A DNA stretch of 64,000 nucleotides from Chromatiales bacterium (GCA_027010265.1 JALVCE010000074.1:17269-81268), one strand, 5' to 3'; numbered from the stretch's first letter, positions 19,797 to 29,688 are shown. Numbers and translations are program-made. The notes: generated by a model not told the origin, from the letters alone.

Positions 19797-21022
19797 AGCG
19801 GCAGTCCCCTTGCCAGCCGCGGCAGTCTGCCGGCCAGGCCCATGGCGTGGCGGGCCAGCAGGTGTTTCACGGGCGGTAACACGTCGGTGGCGATGAGCCC
19901 TAGGTTGCGCGCACAGGCCAGGGGCGGAAAGTCATTGGAGAAGGTCCGTACCAGGCTGTTGGTGAAGCCGATCACCTGGCGATGATCCCGTTGCCGCCAG
20001 TGTGCATATTGTTCCAGTACCGACAGTGCGCCGATGTCATCATTGTTGTGTTGGGTATCGACGATGCACTGCGCCAGGGCGGCCACGTCGCGCAGCCCCA
20101 GGTTGAAGCCCTGGCCGGCGATGGGGTGCAGGGTGTGCGCGGCGTTGCCGATGAGTGCCAGGCGCTGGCGCACCTGTTCCTCGGCGCGGATCAGTTGCAG
20201 CGGATAACCGTGGCGCCTGCCCACCCTGGTGAAGCGCCCCAGGCGGTTGCCGAAACAGGATTGTAGTTCGTTGAGAAAATCCGCCTCGTTCTCGTCCAGC
20301 AGGCGTTGCGCATCCTGCGGCGTGCGGGTCCACACCAGGGAGCAGCGATTGTCCGCCATGGGCAGCAGGGCCAGCGGGCCGTGGCGGGTGAAGCGTTCGT
20401 AGGCAACGTGTCCATGGGCTTTTTGCGGGGTGATATTGGCGATGATGGCGGTCTGGCCGTAGTCGTGGGCCGTGGTGTGGATGTCCAGCAGATTGCGCAC
20501 CGGCGAGTTGCCGCCGTCGGCGGCGACCAGCAGCCTGCACGTGAGCGCCTGTGTCTTACCGTTGTCGTGGTGGATTACCGCAGTGGCGTGATCGTCGCCC
20601 AGTTTCAGGTCACTCAGGGTGGCTGGACTCATTACAGTGAGATTTTCACAGGATTGCAGCCGGTCCATGAGTACCGCCCCCAGTTGGCGCGCGGTGACCA
20701 CGTAGCCCAGGGCTGCCACCTTTTCCTGTTGGGCATGCAGCCGGGTGAAGCCGAAGCGCCCCTGGTCGGAGACGTGGATGTGTTCGATGGCCGTGGCCTG
20801 GGGCGCGATGTCGGCCCACAGGCCCATGGCGTCGAAGATGCGCCGGCTGCCGAAAGACAGGGCGATGGCCCGGTCGTCGTAGTTGGCAGGGCCGGCATCG
20901 GTGCGCAGCGGCGCGGCCTCGATGAGGGCGATGCGCAGGGGCTGGCCGGCCAGGCTGATGGCCAGGCTGGCGCCCACCATGCCGCCGCCGACGATGATCA
21001 GGTCGTAGTCGGTATCACTCAT
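19793..21022 (-). CDS. ubiH: 2-octaprenyl-6-methoxyphenol hydroxylase
   Basis: DDRAIALSFGS, AYERFT, GNAAHTLHPIAGQGFNLGLRD; pepP-ubiH order. Confidence 0.92.
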   Translation of the reverse strand: MSDTDYDLIIVGGGMVGASLAISLAGQPLRIALIEAAPLRTDAGPANYDDRAIALSFGSRRIFDAMGLWADIAPQATAIEHIHVSDQGRFGFTRLHAQQEKVAALGYVVTARQLGAVLMDRLQSCENLTVMSPATLSDLKLGDDHATAVIHHDNGKTQALTCRLLVAADGGNSPVRNLLDIHTTAHDYGQTAIIANITPQKAHGHVAYERFTRHGPLALLPMADNRCSLVWTRTPQDAQRLLDENEADFLNELQSCFGNRLGRFTRVGRRHGYPLQLIRAEEQVRQRLALIGNAAHTLHPIAGQGFNLGLRDVAALAQCIVDTQHNNDDIGALSVLEQYAHWRQRDHRQVIGFTNSLVRTFSNDFPPLACARNLGLIATDVLPPVKHLLARHAMGLAGRLPRLARGLPL

Positions 21023-21036
21023 GGCCAGAACCCAGC

Positions 21037-21114
21037 CGTAGGGTGGGCATGTGGTTCATGCCCACGCGGAACCTGTCAGCATACACGTGGGCAATAATGC
21101 CGGCCCACTCTACG
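21037..21114. repeat. GTAG-type REP doublet
   Basis: CGTAGGGTGGGCA...TGCCCACG...CGTGGGCA...GCCCACTCTACG between pepP and ubiH. Confidence 0.7.
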
Positions 21115-21121
21115 AAAAGCG

Positions 21122-22465
21122 TCATTGCCTTGCCTCCGCCATCAGGGCCTCGATCTCGTCGATGGTCTTGGGCGCTTCCTTGCTCAGGATTTCACAGCCC
21201 TCCTTGGTGACCAGCACGTCGTCCTCGATGCGAATGCCGATACCCTGCCATTTCCTGGCCACGGCCCGCTTGCCCACCCGGGTGCCGGGGGCGATGTACA
21301 GTCCGGGCTCCACGGTGAGCACCATGCCCGGTTCCAGCTCACGCCAGGCATCGCCCACCTTGTAATCGCCCACGTCGTGCACGTCCAGGCCCAGCCAGTG
21401 GCCGGTGCGGTGCATGTAAAAGGTGCGGTAGGCCTCCTCCTTGATCAGCGTGCGCAGATTGCCCTTGAGCAGGCCGAGCTTGATCAGGCCGCGGGTCAAC
21501 ACGCGCACCGCGGCCTGGTGAGGATCGTTCCAGTGATTGCCGGGTTTGACCTTGTCGATGGCGGCCAGCTGGGCGTCGAGCACAACTTGATATAGCGCCT
21601 TTTGTTCCTTGCTGAACACGCCGTTCACCGGGAAGGTGCGGGTGATGTCGGCGGCGTAACACTCGTTTTCCGCACCAGCATCGATCAACAACAGATCACC
21701 GTCGCGCAGTTCGGCGTTGTTTTCCGTGTAATGCAGGATGCAGCCGTTCTCGCCGCCACCGATGATGGGGGTGTAGGCATGGTCGTAGTTGTGGCGTTTG
21801 AAGTGATACTGAAATTCCGCCTCGATCTCGAACTCCCATTTACCCGGTCGGCACTGCTGCATGGCGCGGATGTGGGCCTGGGCGGAGACCTTGGCCGCGC
21901 GGCGCATGGCGCTGATCTCGGCGCGGCTCTTGTACAGGCGCATGTCGTGCAACAGGTGGTCGAGGGCCACGAACTCGCCGGGGGTGTGCACCCCGGCGCG
22001 GGACTGGGCCTTGAGCCGGTTGACCCAGCCGGTGACCCGCTGGTCGAACTGGGTGTCGCAGCCCATGGCGTAAAACACCCGCTCGCTGCTCTCCAGCAGG
22101 CCGGGGAGGATGTCGTCGATGTCGCTGATGGGAAAGGCATCGTCGGCGCCGTAATGTTCCATCGCGCCTTCCAGCCCGGCGCGGCGGCCGTGCCAGGTTT
22201 CCATTTCCGGGTCGCGTTCGCGGCAGAACAGGATCACTTCACCGTGCTGGCGTTTGGGAATCAGCACCAGCACCGCGTCGGGTTCGTTGAAGCCGGTGAG
22301 ATAGTAGAAGTCGCTGTCCTGGCGATAGGGGTATTCGGCGTCGCGGTTGCGCAGCTTCTGCGGCGCGGCAGGGAGAATGGCCACGCTGGCCTTGCCCATC
22401 ATCTGCATCAGGCGTTTGCGCCGGCGGGCGAACTCGGCGGGTTTGATGTGCTGGGCGGGCTTCAT
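21122..22465 (-). CDS. pepP: Xaa-Pro aminopeptidase P
   Basis: YRQDSDFYYLTGF, LIDAGAE...YAADITRTFP, HWLGLDVHDVG, TVEPGLY, GIRIEDD. Confidence 0.96.
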   Translation of the reverse strand: MKPAQHIKPAEFARRRKRLMQMMGKASVAILPAAPQKLRNRDAEYPYRQDSDFYYLTGFNEPDAVLVLIPKRQHGEVILFCRERDPEMETWHGRRAGLEGAMEHYGADDAFPISDIDDILPGLLESSERVFYAMGCDTQFDQRVTGWVNRLKAQSRAGVHTPGEFVALDHLLHDMRLYKSRAEISAMRRAAKVSAQAHIRAMQQCRPGKWEFEIEAEFQYHFKRHNYDHAYTPIIGGGENGCILHYTENNAELRDGDLLLIDAGAENECYAADITRTFPVNGVFSKEQKALYQVVLDAQLAAIDKVKPGNHWNDPHQAAVRVLTRGLIKLGLLKGNLRTLIKEEAYRTFYMHRTGHWLGLDVHDVGDYKVGDAWRELEPGMVLTVEPGLYIAPGTRVGKRAVARKWQGIGIRIEDDVLVTKEGCEILSKEAPKTIDEIEALMAEARQ

Positions 22466-22501
22466 GCGGGGATTGTAGCGTTTATGGGCCTGGCGGCCCA
22501 A

Positions 22502-22611
22502 TTTCTAGTTTCTAGTTTCTAGTTTCTAGTGGCTAGGGGCTAGGGGCCAGGAACAGACACGAAAGGTGTGACGGCCCTTTCCTCGATACTCGCCCCTAGA
22601 AACTCGATACT
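22502..22611. repeat. Heptamer-periodic inverted repeat element, copy 1
   Basis: (TTTCTAG)4 TGGCTAG GGGCTAG GGGCCAG ... CTCGATA CTCGCCC CTAGAAA CTCGATA. Confidence 0.8.
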
Positions 22612-22617
22612 GCTTTA

Positions 22618-23202
22618 TCAGTGCAGCGTGGCGTCGGTATCCACCGTAATAGGCGCCGCCTGGGTCGGCTGCAGTTCCTCGTTGATGAGCAACACGCCTA
22701 CCCGCAGGTACTCCACCAGTTCGGCGTAGGCGTTTTCGTCCTCCTCGCTGCCTTCGAGGTCGTAGGAGCTGCCGGCACGGCTGATCTCCAGCATGTCATT
22801 GGCGATCTCCCGCGCATCCTCGGGCAACGGGGCGAAGTCCTTGACACCGCCGAGGCTGAGGCCCAGCAGAAAGCCCTGGCACCAGTCCCCCAGGGCGTGC
22901 ACCCGGATGTCCAGGCCGGCATCGTCGTCGGGCAGCAGCATCTCGAAATCACAGGTGGGGTCGTTGAGCTGCCGGCGGGTGGCCTCGTGGACCTGCTGGA
23001 ACACCTCGCGGGCCTCGGCGGCCAGCAGGTCGTCGCTGGGCAGGTTGGGCCACAGGGCCTGCTGCCAGACATCGGCCCCGGCGCCGGTATGGGCGCAGAG
23101 CAGGCCGGCGAGGGTGCCATGGACCTCGCTGGGGGTGACCTCGGTGTCCAGCCTGGTGAGGGCGTTGGTGAGGGTATGGTAGTCGGGCATGGTCTGGGGC
23201 AT
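22618..23202 (-). CDS. ygfB: UPF0149 family protein
   Basis: SEVHGTLAGLLC, ALGDWCQGFLLG, ELVEYLRV; upstream of pepP. Confidence 0.9.
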   Translation of the reverse strand: MPQTMPDYHTLTNALTRLDTEVTPSEVHGTLAGLLCAHTGAGADVWQQALWPNLPSDDLLAAEAREVFQQVHEATRRQLNDPTCDFEMLLPDDDAGLDIRVHALGDWCQGFLLGLSLGGVKDFAPLPEDAREIANDMLEISRAGSSYDLEGSEEDENAYAELVEYLRVGVLLINEELQPTQAAPITVDTDATLH

Positions 23203-23337
23203 GGCGGCGCCTGTGCTGAGGGCATGTGGGCGGCCGATTCTACCACCGGCGGGCGCCTACCGACAGTCGTTGACCGTTTTTGAGCCCCGCTCTATAGTGC
23301 GCTGAACGAACGCAAAACTGCCACGCAGGGTCGATGT

Positions 23338-23547
23338 ATGTCAGATACCGAAATGAGCAAACTGGAGCGGCGCATCGATGAATTGATTGCGCTCACCGAT
23401 CAGTTGAGTACCGAAAACAGTCTCATGCGTGAACGCCAAAACCTGTTGGTGGAGGAGCGTGCCCGGCTCATCGAAAAGGCCGAACTGGCGCGCTCCCGGG
23501 TGGAGTCCATGCTGGTGCGCCTCAAGGCCATGGAGTCCGAGGCATGA
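23338..23547 (+). CDS. Short coiled-coil protein (TIGR02449/ZapB-like)
   Basis: LERRIDELI...ARSRVESMLVRLKAME; directly upstream of zapA. Confidence 0.85.
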   Translation: MSDTEMSKLERRIDELIALTDQLSTENSLMRERQNLLVEERARLIEKAELARSRVESMLVRLKAMESEA

Positions 23548-23879
23548 ATGCCAAGGCCGCCAAAGCCAAGTCAGAGGACATCAAGGCCATCAGCATCCGT
23601 GTGCTGGACAAGGAATACCAGGTGGCCTGCCCGGCGGACGAGGAGCCGGCGCTATTGGAGTCCGCCCGCCTGCTGGACGAAAAGATGCGTGAGATCCGCG
23701 ACACGCGCAAGATGATCGGCGCAGACCGCATCGCTGTCATGGCGGCGCTGAACCTGGCCCACGACCTGATCCAGGCGCAGACCGACAGCGCTGGCGGCCC
23801 GAGCTTCGAATCCAAGCTGCGCAGCCTGCAGAGCAAGGTGGAGGCCGCCATTACCCGCGGCCGGCAGTTGGAGTTATAA
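23544..23879 (+). CDS. zapA: Cell division protein ZapA
   Basis: VLDKEYQVACP...RIAVMAALNLAHDL. Confidence 0.93.
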   Translation: MNAKAAKAKSEDIKAISIRVLDKEYQVACPADEEPALLESARLLDEKMREIRDTRKMIGADRIAVMAALNLAHDLIQAQTDSAGGPSFESKLRSLQSKVEAAITRGRQLEL

Positions 23880-23901
23880 TTTGCTCAATGTTTTCAAGAA
23901 T

Positions 23902-24087
23902 GGCGCCGCCTGCGGTGTTCGACACTGTATCGGAATTTTCTTGGCCTATGCTTAACCCTGTTGGGGACATTACATCGGTGTTGTGTGCACGTCCGCGCCG
24001 CGGAAAGCCTGATACGCCGATTGTTGTGCCCACTTTATCGCTCCGGTCCCAAGAGCGACGATGCAACCGGCACGTGTGGGTGGCGCC
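23902..24087 (+). ncRNA. ssrS: 6S RNA
   Basis: About 185 nt between zapA and ygfA (canonical position); ends pair (GGCGCCGCCTGCGGTG / CACGTGTGGGTGGCGCC); central CGGAAAGCCT. Ends are approximate. Confidence 0.85.
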
Positions 24088-24116
24088 TCTTATTTCTTTT
24101 CTCCCGAGTTGTTTGC

Positions 24117-24707
24117 GTGGTTGAGCGCAAGGCCCTGCGCCAGCAGCTGCGCGCTGCGCGCCGCGCCCTGGATGCCCATGAGCACGCCCGGCGCAGTGCG
24201 GACATTTGCCGGCAACTGGTCAATCATCACCGCTTTCGTGCCGCGCAACACATCGCGTGTTACCTGCCCAATGATGGCGAGGTGGATCTGCTGGCATTGA
24301 TGGATGCCACCTGGGCCATGGGCAAGACCCTGTACCTGCCAGTGCTCAGCCACATTCACCACAACCGTCTATATTTTCTACCTTACGCGCCAGGTGAGTT
24401 GCTCATGACTAACCGGTTTGGTATTCCGGAGCCAGTATTACGTTCACGCCGGACGCCGGTTGTGGCAAAACTGGATTTGGTGCTCGCGCCCCTGGTGGGC
24501 TTTGATGCCCAGGGCAACCGGCTGGGCATGGGTGGCGGGTTTTATGACCGCACCTTCGCCTATTTGCGCCGCCGCCACCACTGGCGCAAACCCCATCTGC
24601 TGGGGGTGGCCTTTGAGTTGCAGTACTGTGTCTCCGGCCTGGCCAGTGAGCCGTGGGATGTGCCCCTGGAGGGGGTGGTGACAGAGGCCGGCGTGCGGAT
24701 GTTTTAA
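24117..24707 (+). CDS. ygfA: 5-formyltetrahydrofolate cyclo-ligase
   Basis: RKALRQQLRAARRAL, NRFGIPEP, PLVGFDAQGNRLGMGGGFYDRT; start at GTG 24117. Confidence 0.93.
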   Translation: MVERKALRQQLRAARRALDAHEHARRSADICRQLVNHHRFRAAQHIACYLPNDGEVDLLALMDATWAMGKTLYLPVLSHIHHNRLYFLPYAPGELLMTNRFGIPEPVLRSRRTPVVAKLDLVLAPLVGFDAQGNRLGMGGGFYDRTFAYLRRRHHWRKPHLLGVAFELQYCVSGLASEPWDVPLEGVVTEAGVRMF

Positions 24708-24801
24708 GGGCCCCTGTGGACGGGTGCAAAACGGGTGCAAAAAAGGCGATGTGTGTGCCGCACATCGCCTTTTATTGATCGTCTCAAAATAATTGTTATT
24801 G

Positions 24802-25053
24802 CACTGCTGTCCCACTAACCTCCATTTTGTTTTGATGGGGTTGGTGAAGTCATTGGGGAGCAGAGAGATTGGCGAAATCTAAGACATGAATATTGCTGCT
24901 CTTTATTCCGTCATCCCGGCGAGGGCCGGGATCCAGTAACTCATTGACACCACTGGATTCCGGCTTCGGCAACTGCTCCTGCGTTGCTCTACCTCCTGCA
25001 TCCATGCAGTCGTTCGCCGGAATGACGAATCTCAAGTTAATGGGACAGCAGTG
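24802..25053. mobile_element. MITE-like element (252 bp) with 18-bp terminal inverted repeats
   Basis: Left end CACTGCTGTCCCACTAAC; right end GTTAATGGGACAGCAGTG (17/18 match); TTG on both flanks; no transposase. Confidence 0.75.
24909..25027. repeat. CGTC-type REP interrupted by a ~44-bp insert
   Basis: CGTCATCCCGGCGAGGGCCGGGATCCAG...CTGGATTCCGGCTT[insert 24967-25012]TTCGCCGGAATGACG; compare the intact copies at 47879 and 57607. Confidence 0.8.
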
Positions 25054-25076
25054 TTGTTACAGGGTTATTTCCTCCG

Positions 25077-25127
25077 TGTGGGAGCGCCTTTCCAGGCGCG
25101 AATCCCGCCTGGAAAGGCGCTCCCACA
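25077..25127. repeat. GTGG/GTAG-type REP doublet (REPIN-like)
   Basis: TGTGGGAGCGCCTTTCCAGGCGCGAATCCCGCCTGGAAAGGCGCTCCCACA; near-identical copy at 62812. Confidence 0.85.
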
Positions 25128-25215
25128 GCATTTGGCATGGTATAAGTGCGCCATGGGATTAGGGCCTGTTAAAGCAAACTTGAGACCCTCAGAAATTTCC
25201 GGATCCTGCCCCCAC

Positions 25216-26865
25216 TCAGCGGATGGGGTCAAAGGCCGTGAGGCTCATCATGTGTGCATCGGTGCCCAGGTCGTTGTTGGGGAACAGGCTGCGATAGACG
25301 TTGCGGTAATCGGTGCCATGCAAGGCCAGGTAATTGAGCACCACGGTGTCCACCAGCAGGTTGACGTTGTTGGCGGCTACGGAGGAAGCGGTTTCCACTG
25401 AGCCGTCGGCGCGGAACCAGCCGAGCTGCTGATGACGTTCCGGGCCCAGGGTGTCGCCGCTGAACAGTGTGGCTTGTCCGCCATTTTCCGTGGGGTTGTA
25501 GACTAGGAAAAAGGCGCCGGCGGTGGAAGAGTTGTCGCCGGTCCACACACCCTTGCCGCGGCCATCTACCGAGCCGTCGGTGGAGCCATTGCTGGCAACG
25601 GAACCGTCGCTGAAGACATAAAGCATCAGGGGCATGCGCATGCGTGCGGCATATTCCAGGCAGGCGCCCATGCAGCGTCCGGCGCGCAGGTCGCGGCGTT
25701 CGCCGGTGGAACGGTCGCCGGTGTGGTAGTCGAAGCCCCCCATGGTGATGGTGCCGGCTCCGGCGTGACCATCGATGACCATTTTCATCACGGCGGCGGT
25801 TTTGCGGAATTCCCCTTCGTTGTCGAATTCATTCTGGTCGAAGATGGCATTGCCGCTGTTAGTGGGATCTACAATATTGCTGTCCGTGGCGGGATCCACG
25901 TCCACACCTACGAAGCGGTCGGCGATGTCCGCCGCATTGAGATAACCACAGTTCACCAGGTCTTTCACGACGGTGGCGGCATTGATATTCGCGACTTTCT
26001 TGTCGCTGAGGCGGGCGATGGATTCCATTACCGCCTTGGCGTCGGTTTCAGTCAACACGGCGGTGAGATCTCCGGTGTCCACCATGCCGGTAACGTCCGA
26101 GGGTCGATCAACCTTAGTGGGTCGGATGGAGGGGTCGATGCTGTCCGGCGGGGCCATGGAATTGCCGCCGGACTCGGAATTACGCGAGCCGATCAGCGTG
26201 ACCACGTCACCATCGGCGCCGGTGGCAGCGATGCGGTACATGGGGTTGTGCGGGTTGTTGCCGGTGTCATTGTCGGAACGGGCGGGAATCACGGCGCCGT
26301 TCACGAAGGGCGCGGTACCCGTGAGGCTGATTTTTTCCAGGATGCCGCGCAGAAAGCCGCTGTCGGAATGAAAGGGCAGGCCCAGGCGGGTGTCGATCCA
26401 GTCATTGTTGGGGCCACTCATGGCCGAGGCGGCGGCATCCACCACGCCGGGCACCATGTCGCCGGGAATGCCCATCTTGCTGTAGCCCGCGGCGCTGATG
26501 GGATCGTTGAGATAGCCGCCCTGACCTCCGGCTAGCACGTTGGAGCCGATGATGTTGGAGCCGCCGGCCAGATCAAAACAAATAAAAGGCACCTTGGTGC
26601 CAATGGCACCCAGGGAGCAGCCGGGGAGGCTGTTGGCCAGGGTGCTCAGATCCGATGACAGGGCCGCCTGCGCGGCACGCGGATTAGTGAACAGACTGAA
26701 TACCGAGCCGCCGAGGGTGATGCCTGCGCCGGTGAGAAAGCCCTGACGCAGGAAGTCCCGTCGCGTCACCGGGCGCTTGTGATCCTGATGCAGCAGGGGT
26801 GCATCGGGTGAGAGCCCGTGGCGATTCTTCTTCAGGCGTCGCGCGGTGGATGTTTTCTTGGCCAT
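25216..26865 (-). CDS. Tat-exported protein (DUF1501/DUF1552-like motifs)
   Basis: Twin-arginine signal VTRRDFLRQG...AAQA; FICFDLAGG, GGFDYH and YVFSDG motifs reminiscent of DUF1501-type proteins. Confidence 0.75.
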   Translation of the reverse strand: MAKKTSTARRLKKNRHGLSPDAPLLHQDHKRPVTRRDFLRQGFLTGAGITLGGSVFSLFTNPRAAQAALSSDLSTLANSLPGCSLGAIGTKVPFICFDLAGGSNIIGSNVLAGGQGGYLNDPISAAGYSKMGIPGDMVPGVVDAAASAMSGPNNDWIDTRLGLPFHSDSGFLRGILEKISLTGTAPFVNGAVIPARSDNDTGNNPHNPMYRIAATGADGDVVTLIGSRNSESGGNSMAPPDSIDPSIRPTKVDRPSDVTGMVDTGDLTAVLTETDAKAVMESIARLSDKKVANINAATVVKDLVNCGYLNAADIADRFVGVDVDPATDSNIVDPTNSGNAIFDQNEFDNEGEFRKTAAVMKMVIDGHAGAGTITMGGFDYHTGDRSTGERRDLRAGRCMGACLEYAARMRMPLMLYVFSDGSVASNGSTDGSVDGRGKGVWTGDNSSTAGAFFLVYNPTENGGQATLFSGDTLGPERHQQLGWFRADGSVETASSVAANNVNLLVDTVVLNYLALHGTDYRNVYRSLFPNNDLGTDAHMMSLTAFDPIR

Positions 26866-26913
26866 GGTCTTGTCCTCAGTACGTCTGTCTGTTGCTGTTG
26901 TGTCAGTGTGGGC

Positions 26914-29688
26914 CTATTGAATGATCATCGCCGCGCTGCCCAGTACTGCGGTACACAGCGCCTTGACCACCGACGGGGTGCGTGCGGCATCATTGCTGCA
27001 ACTGGCGTCGGCCTGGCAGGCATTGTACAGGCGGTCGTACAGATTGCCCGGGTGGCCAGCCGGTGCGGCGGCATCATCGGGGCCCACCAGTTCGGTACGC
27101 AGTTCCGTGCGGCTGGGCATGTTGCTCAGCGAGACACCGCCGATACCCACCATCTTGTCGTAGAGGGCATCCACGATCTGGTTTTTCTCGGTGCTGCCAG
27201 CAAAGGCTGTGGCCACCGGTGAGTTGAAGGCGAAGCTGCCGAAGAAGTTGTCGCGCAACGTGGTGTCGTCCACCAATGCGTCACAGTAGGCGATGGCCAG
27301 TTGGGCCACGGCCATTTCATGGGCGGCGAGGAAGCCGTTGATATTCTCGTCGGTGGGCAGGGCCTGTTTGATGCCGGTGACGGTGCCGGTGCTTTCGTCG
27401 TAATAGGTTTTCAGCACCTTGGGGTGGCGCGCCGTGTCGTAGGGATCCACTCCGGTCATGGCTGACATGGAGGCGAGGATCTCCTCAAAGGTGCGCAGAC
27501 CCACTTCGGGTACAGGGGTACCATCTACGGCGGTGGTGGTGCAGGTGATGTTGCTGCCGCACACTTCGGGCACACGGGTATTCTGGTTGCCATCGATATC
27601 CTCGAAGGTGAGGAAGAACTCATCGCTCCCCGCGCCCTTTTGCAGTTCGATGATGGTGCCGGTGTTCGACAGCACCTGCTGACCGGTGGCAGTGTCAAAC
27701 GCGGTACCCCCCAGGGTGGTGTCGAGGTTGACGTAGGCCTGGCCCACCGAGGGTTCCTTGCCATTGAGTCCGATACGCATGCCCTTGATCACCGTGCCGC
27801 TGGGGGTGAAGGCCGGATTGAGGCTGAGGAAGGTGGGCTGGGTGAACAGATAGCTGTAGTTGTCGAACTGACTGGCGATGAAGTAAATGAAACACTGGTG
27901 CTCGCCGTTGACGATGCACTCGGGGTTGTTGGCCTGCATTAGCTCGCTGACACTGAACAGCAGGTAGAATTTCTGGCCCACGCCGGCATCGAAATTCTGT
28001 TGCACCTGGCTGGGTGTCATGGCGCGGTTGTGGATGGCCACCAAGCGCAGTTTGCCTTCCCAGGGCTCGCTGAAGTCTGCCTCGTTGCCCATGCTGAAGG
28101 CGTAGGTGGGATCCCAGTTGATCAGGTTGCCCGGGGGGAGCAGGGGATCCACATCGGCATTGCCGGTGGTGGAGACGTCCACACCGTTCACATAGACTTT
28201 ACGCCCGGTCGTTTGATCAAAGGTGACCACCACGTGTTGTTGGGTGGATTGCAGGTCTTCATCCGCATCATCGGTGAGCATGGTGTTGCCGTTGGCGCTG
28301 GCCTCGGCGGAGCTGCGATTCATGAAGGCGTAGCGGTATTCGGCCTGTCCCAGGGTGAAATTGCGCTCATTGGCGCCACCGGAATAGTTGATGATGCGTG
28401 CCGGGTCATTGGCATCGCCTTGAGAGATATTGGCGGGAACCACCCAGGCCTCGATGGAATAGGCGCTGCTGCCAAGGATGGAGGTGAGCAGCTTACGGCT
28501 GTCTTGCGTGGTGGCCTGGGCCTTGGCGCTGCCGGTGAGGAATTCCACACCCCAGCCGCCTACCCAACGATAGTCCGTACCCTCGTTGCCATAGAGCTTG
28601 AGATTCAGGGGTACGCCCACGCCGCTGGTGTCATAAATAGTGGTGCCGGAGCCGGCCTTGAACTCATACAGGGCGATGGTGCTGGAATCGTCCCGGGTGC
28701 CGCCGCTGGCGACGATGCCGTCCAGCAGGGTCAGTGCCTTGCTGACCTTCCAGCTGGCGTCCACCGCGGTGGTGGTGATGGTGCCGGCAAAGGCCTCGAT
28801 GGCCTGCTGCATGAGAATGGCACAGTTCTTACGGCCCTCGGTAACGGCCTGTTGCAGGGTGCTGCTGAGATCCCAGCAGTTGTGGCCCTCGTCCATGCGC
28901 GCCACCAGGCGGGAATCCCGCGGGGTGTCCAGGCTGATCTTCTGACTGGCGACGATAGCGGCGTAGGAGACATCGCGGTCGGTGTCGGCAAAGAAGGGTG
29001 TTTGCGGGACCGAGGCGGACTCGGTGTGACAATTGACACAATACTGGGTTAACAGGCTGTGCACGCCGTCATAACCGGCGGGGGCGGTGGCGGGAAAGTT
29101 CTTGCTTTGCCCCGTATCCTTGATGGTGGGTGAGCTGAGGGTTATCACATTGGTCTGGCTGCCCGTGCCGGCGCCGGCCACACCGCCGTTGGCCCAATTG
29201 GTGATGTAGGTGGTGGCGTTGGTGGCCAGGGTGCTGCAGGCACTGGGACTGCCGCAGTTGTGGCCGTTGTTGATCCTGGTGATGATGGCGGAGTTAGCCG
29301 GATTGGATTTGTCCACCAGATTGCGGCTGATCACCTGGCCGTAGGCGGTGTTGATGTCCGCGGTATCCATGAAATAGGGTTCCTGGCTGCCGGTTTCGGT
29401 GTTGTGGCAGTTCTCGCAATCGGCGGCATCGAGCATCTTGGCCCAGAATTCGGTCTGGAAATTGCAGATGTCTTCCACGGTATTGGGATCGGTGCTGACT
29501 TCGTTACAGGCCTGGCCGGTGTAGGCCGCGGCGCTGGTGCCGCTGCCGCCGCCAGTCACGGAAGGCGCCTGGGGGACGCTGTCACAGGCCGAGAGCAACA
29601 GGCCACTGAACAGGAGGGTCAGCGTCCACCCGGCCTGACGGCGGGCATGGTGAATGGCGCGGGGAGTGGTACGGCTTGGATTGTTCAT
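26914..29688 (-). CDS. Lipoprotein with two c-type haem domains and a LamG/concanavalin-A-like domain
   Basis: Lipobox LSA|C; CENCH and CVNCH, each followed about 50 aa later by GHNC; LamG motifs (YSIEAWVVP, QHVVVTFD...KVYVNG, WEGKLRLVAIHNRAMT). GGAG RBS supports ATG 29688. Confidence 0.82.
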   Translation of the reverse strand: MNNPSRTTPRAIHHARRQAGWTLTLLFSGLLLSACDSVPQAPSVTGGGSGTSAAAYTGQACNEVSTDPNTVEDICNFQTEFWAKMLDAADCENCHNTETGSQEPYFMDTADINTAYGQVISRNLVDKSNPANSAIITRINNGHNCGSPSACSTLATNATTYITNWANGGVAGAGTGSQTNVITLSSPTIKDTGQSKNFPATAPAGYDGVHSLLTQYCVNCHTESASVPQTPFFADTDRDVSYAAIVASQKISLDTPRDSRLVARMDEGHNCWDLSSTLQQAVTEGRKNCAILMQQAIEAFAGTITTTAVDASWKVSKALTLLDGIVASGGTRDDSSTIALYEFKAGSGTTIYDTSGVGVPLNLKLYGNEGTDYRWVGGWGVEFLTGSAKAQATTQDSRKLLTSILGSSAYSIEAWVVPANISQGDANDPARIINYSGGANERNFTLGQAEYRYAFMNRSSAEASANGNTMLTDDADEDLQSTQQHVVVTFDQTTGRKVYVNGVDVSTTGNADVDPLLPPGNLINWDPTYAFSMGNEADFSEPWEGKLRLVAIHNRAMTPSQVQQNFDAGVGQKFYLLFSVSELMQANNPECIVNGEHQCFIYFIASQFDNYSYLFTQPTFLSLNPAFTPSGTVIKGMRIGLNGKEPSVGQAYVNLDTTLGGTAFDTATGQQVLSNTGTIIELQKGAGSDEFFLTFEDIDGNQNTRVPEVCGSNITCTTTAVDGTPVPEVGLRTFEEILASMSAMTGVDPYDTARHPKVLKTYYDESTGTVTGIKQALPTDENINGFLAAHEMAVAQLAIAYCDALVDDTTLRDNFFGSFAFNSPVATAFAGSTEKNQIVDALYDKMVGIGGVSLSNMPSRTELRTELVGPDDAAAPAGHPGNLYDRLYNACQADASCSNDAARTPSVVKALCTAVLGSAAMIIQ

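Noticed and set aside
22502-22551. CRISPR array or phase-variable coding SSR
   Set aside because: The units are 7 bp without unique spacers, there are no cas genes, and the repeat is intergenic once pepP is started at 22465.
24850-25162. Short ORFs MRFVIPANDCMDAGGRATQEQLP... and the opposite-strand partner
   Set aside because: They are translations of the REP/MITE stack, not credible proteins.
25216-26865. Type II secretion GspF label often attached to this family
   Set aside because: It is a soluble Tat substrate lacking the three-TM GspF architecture; the true GspF-family gene here is mshG.
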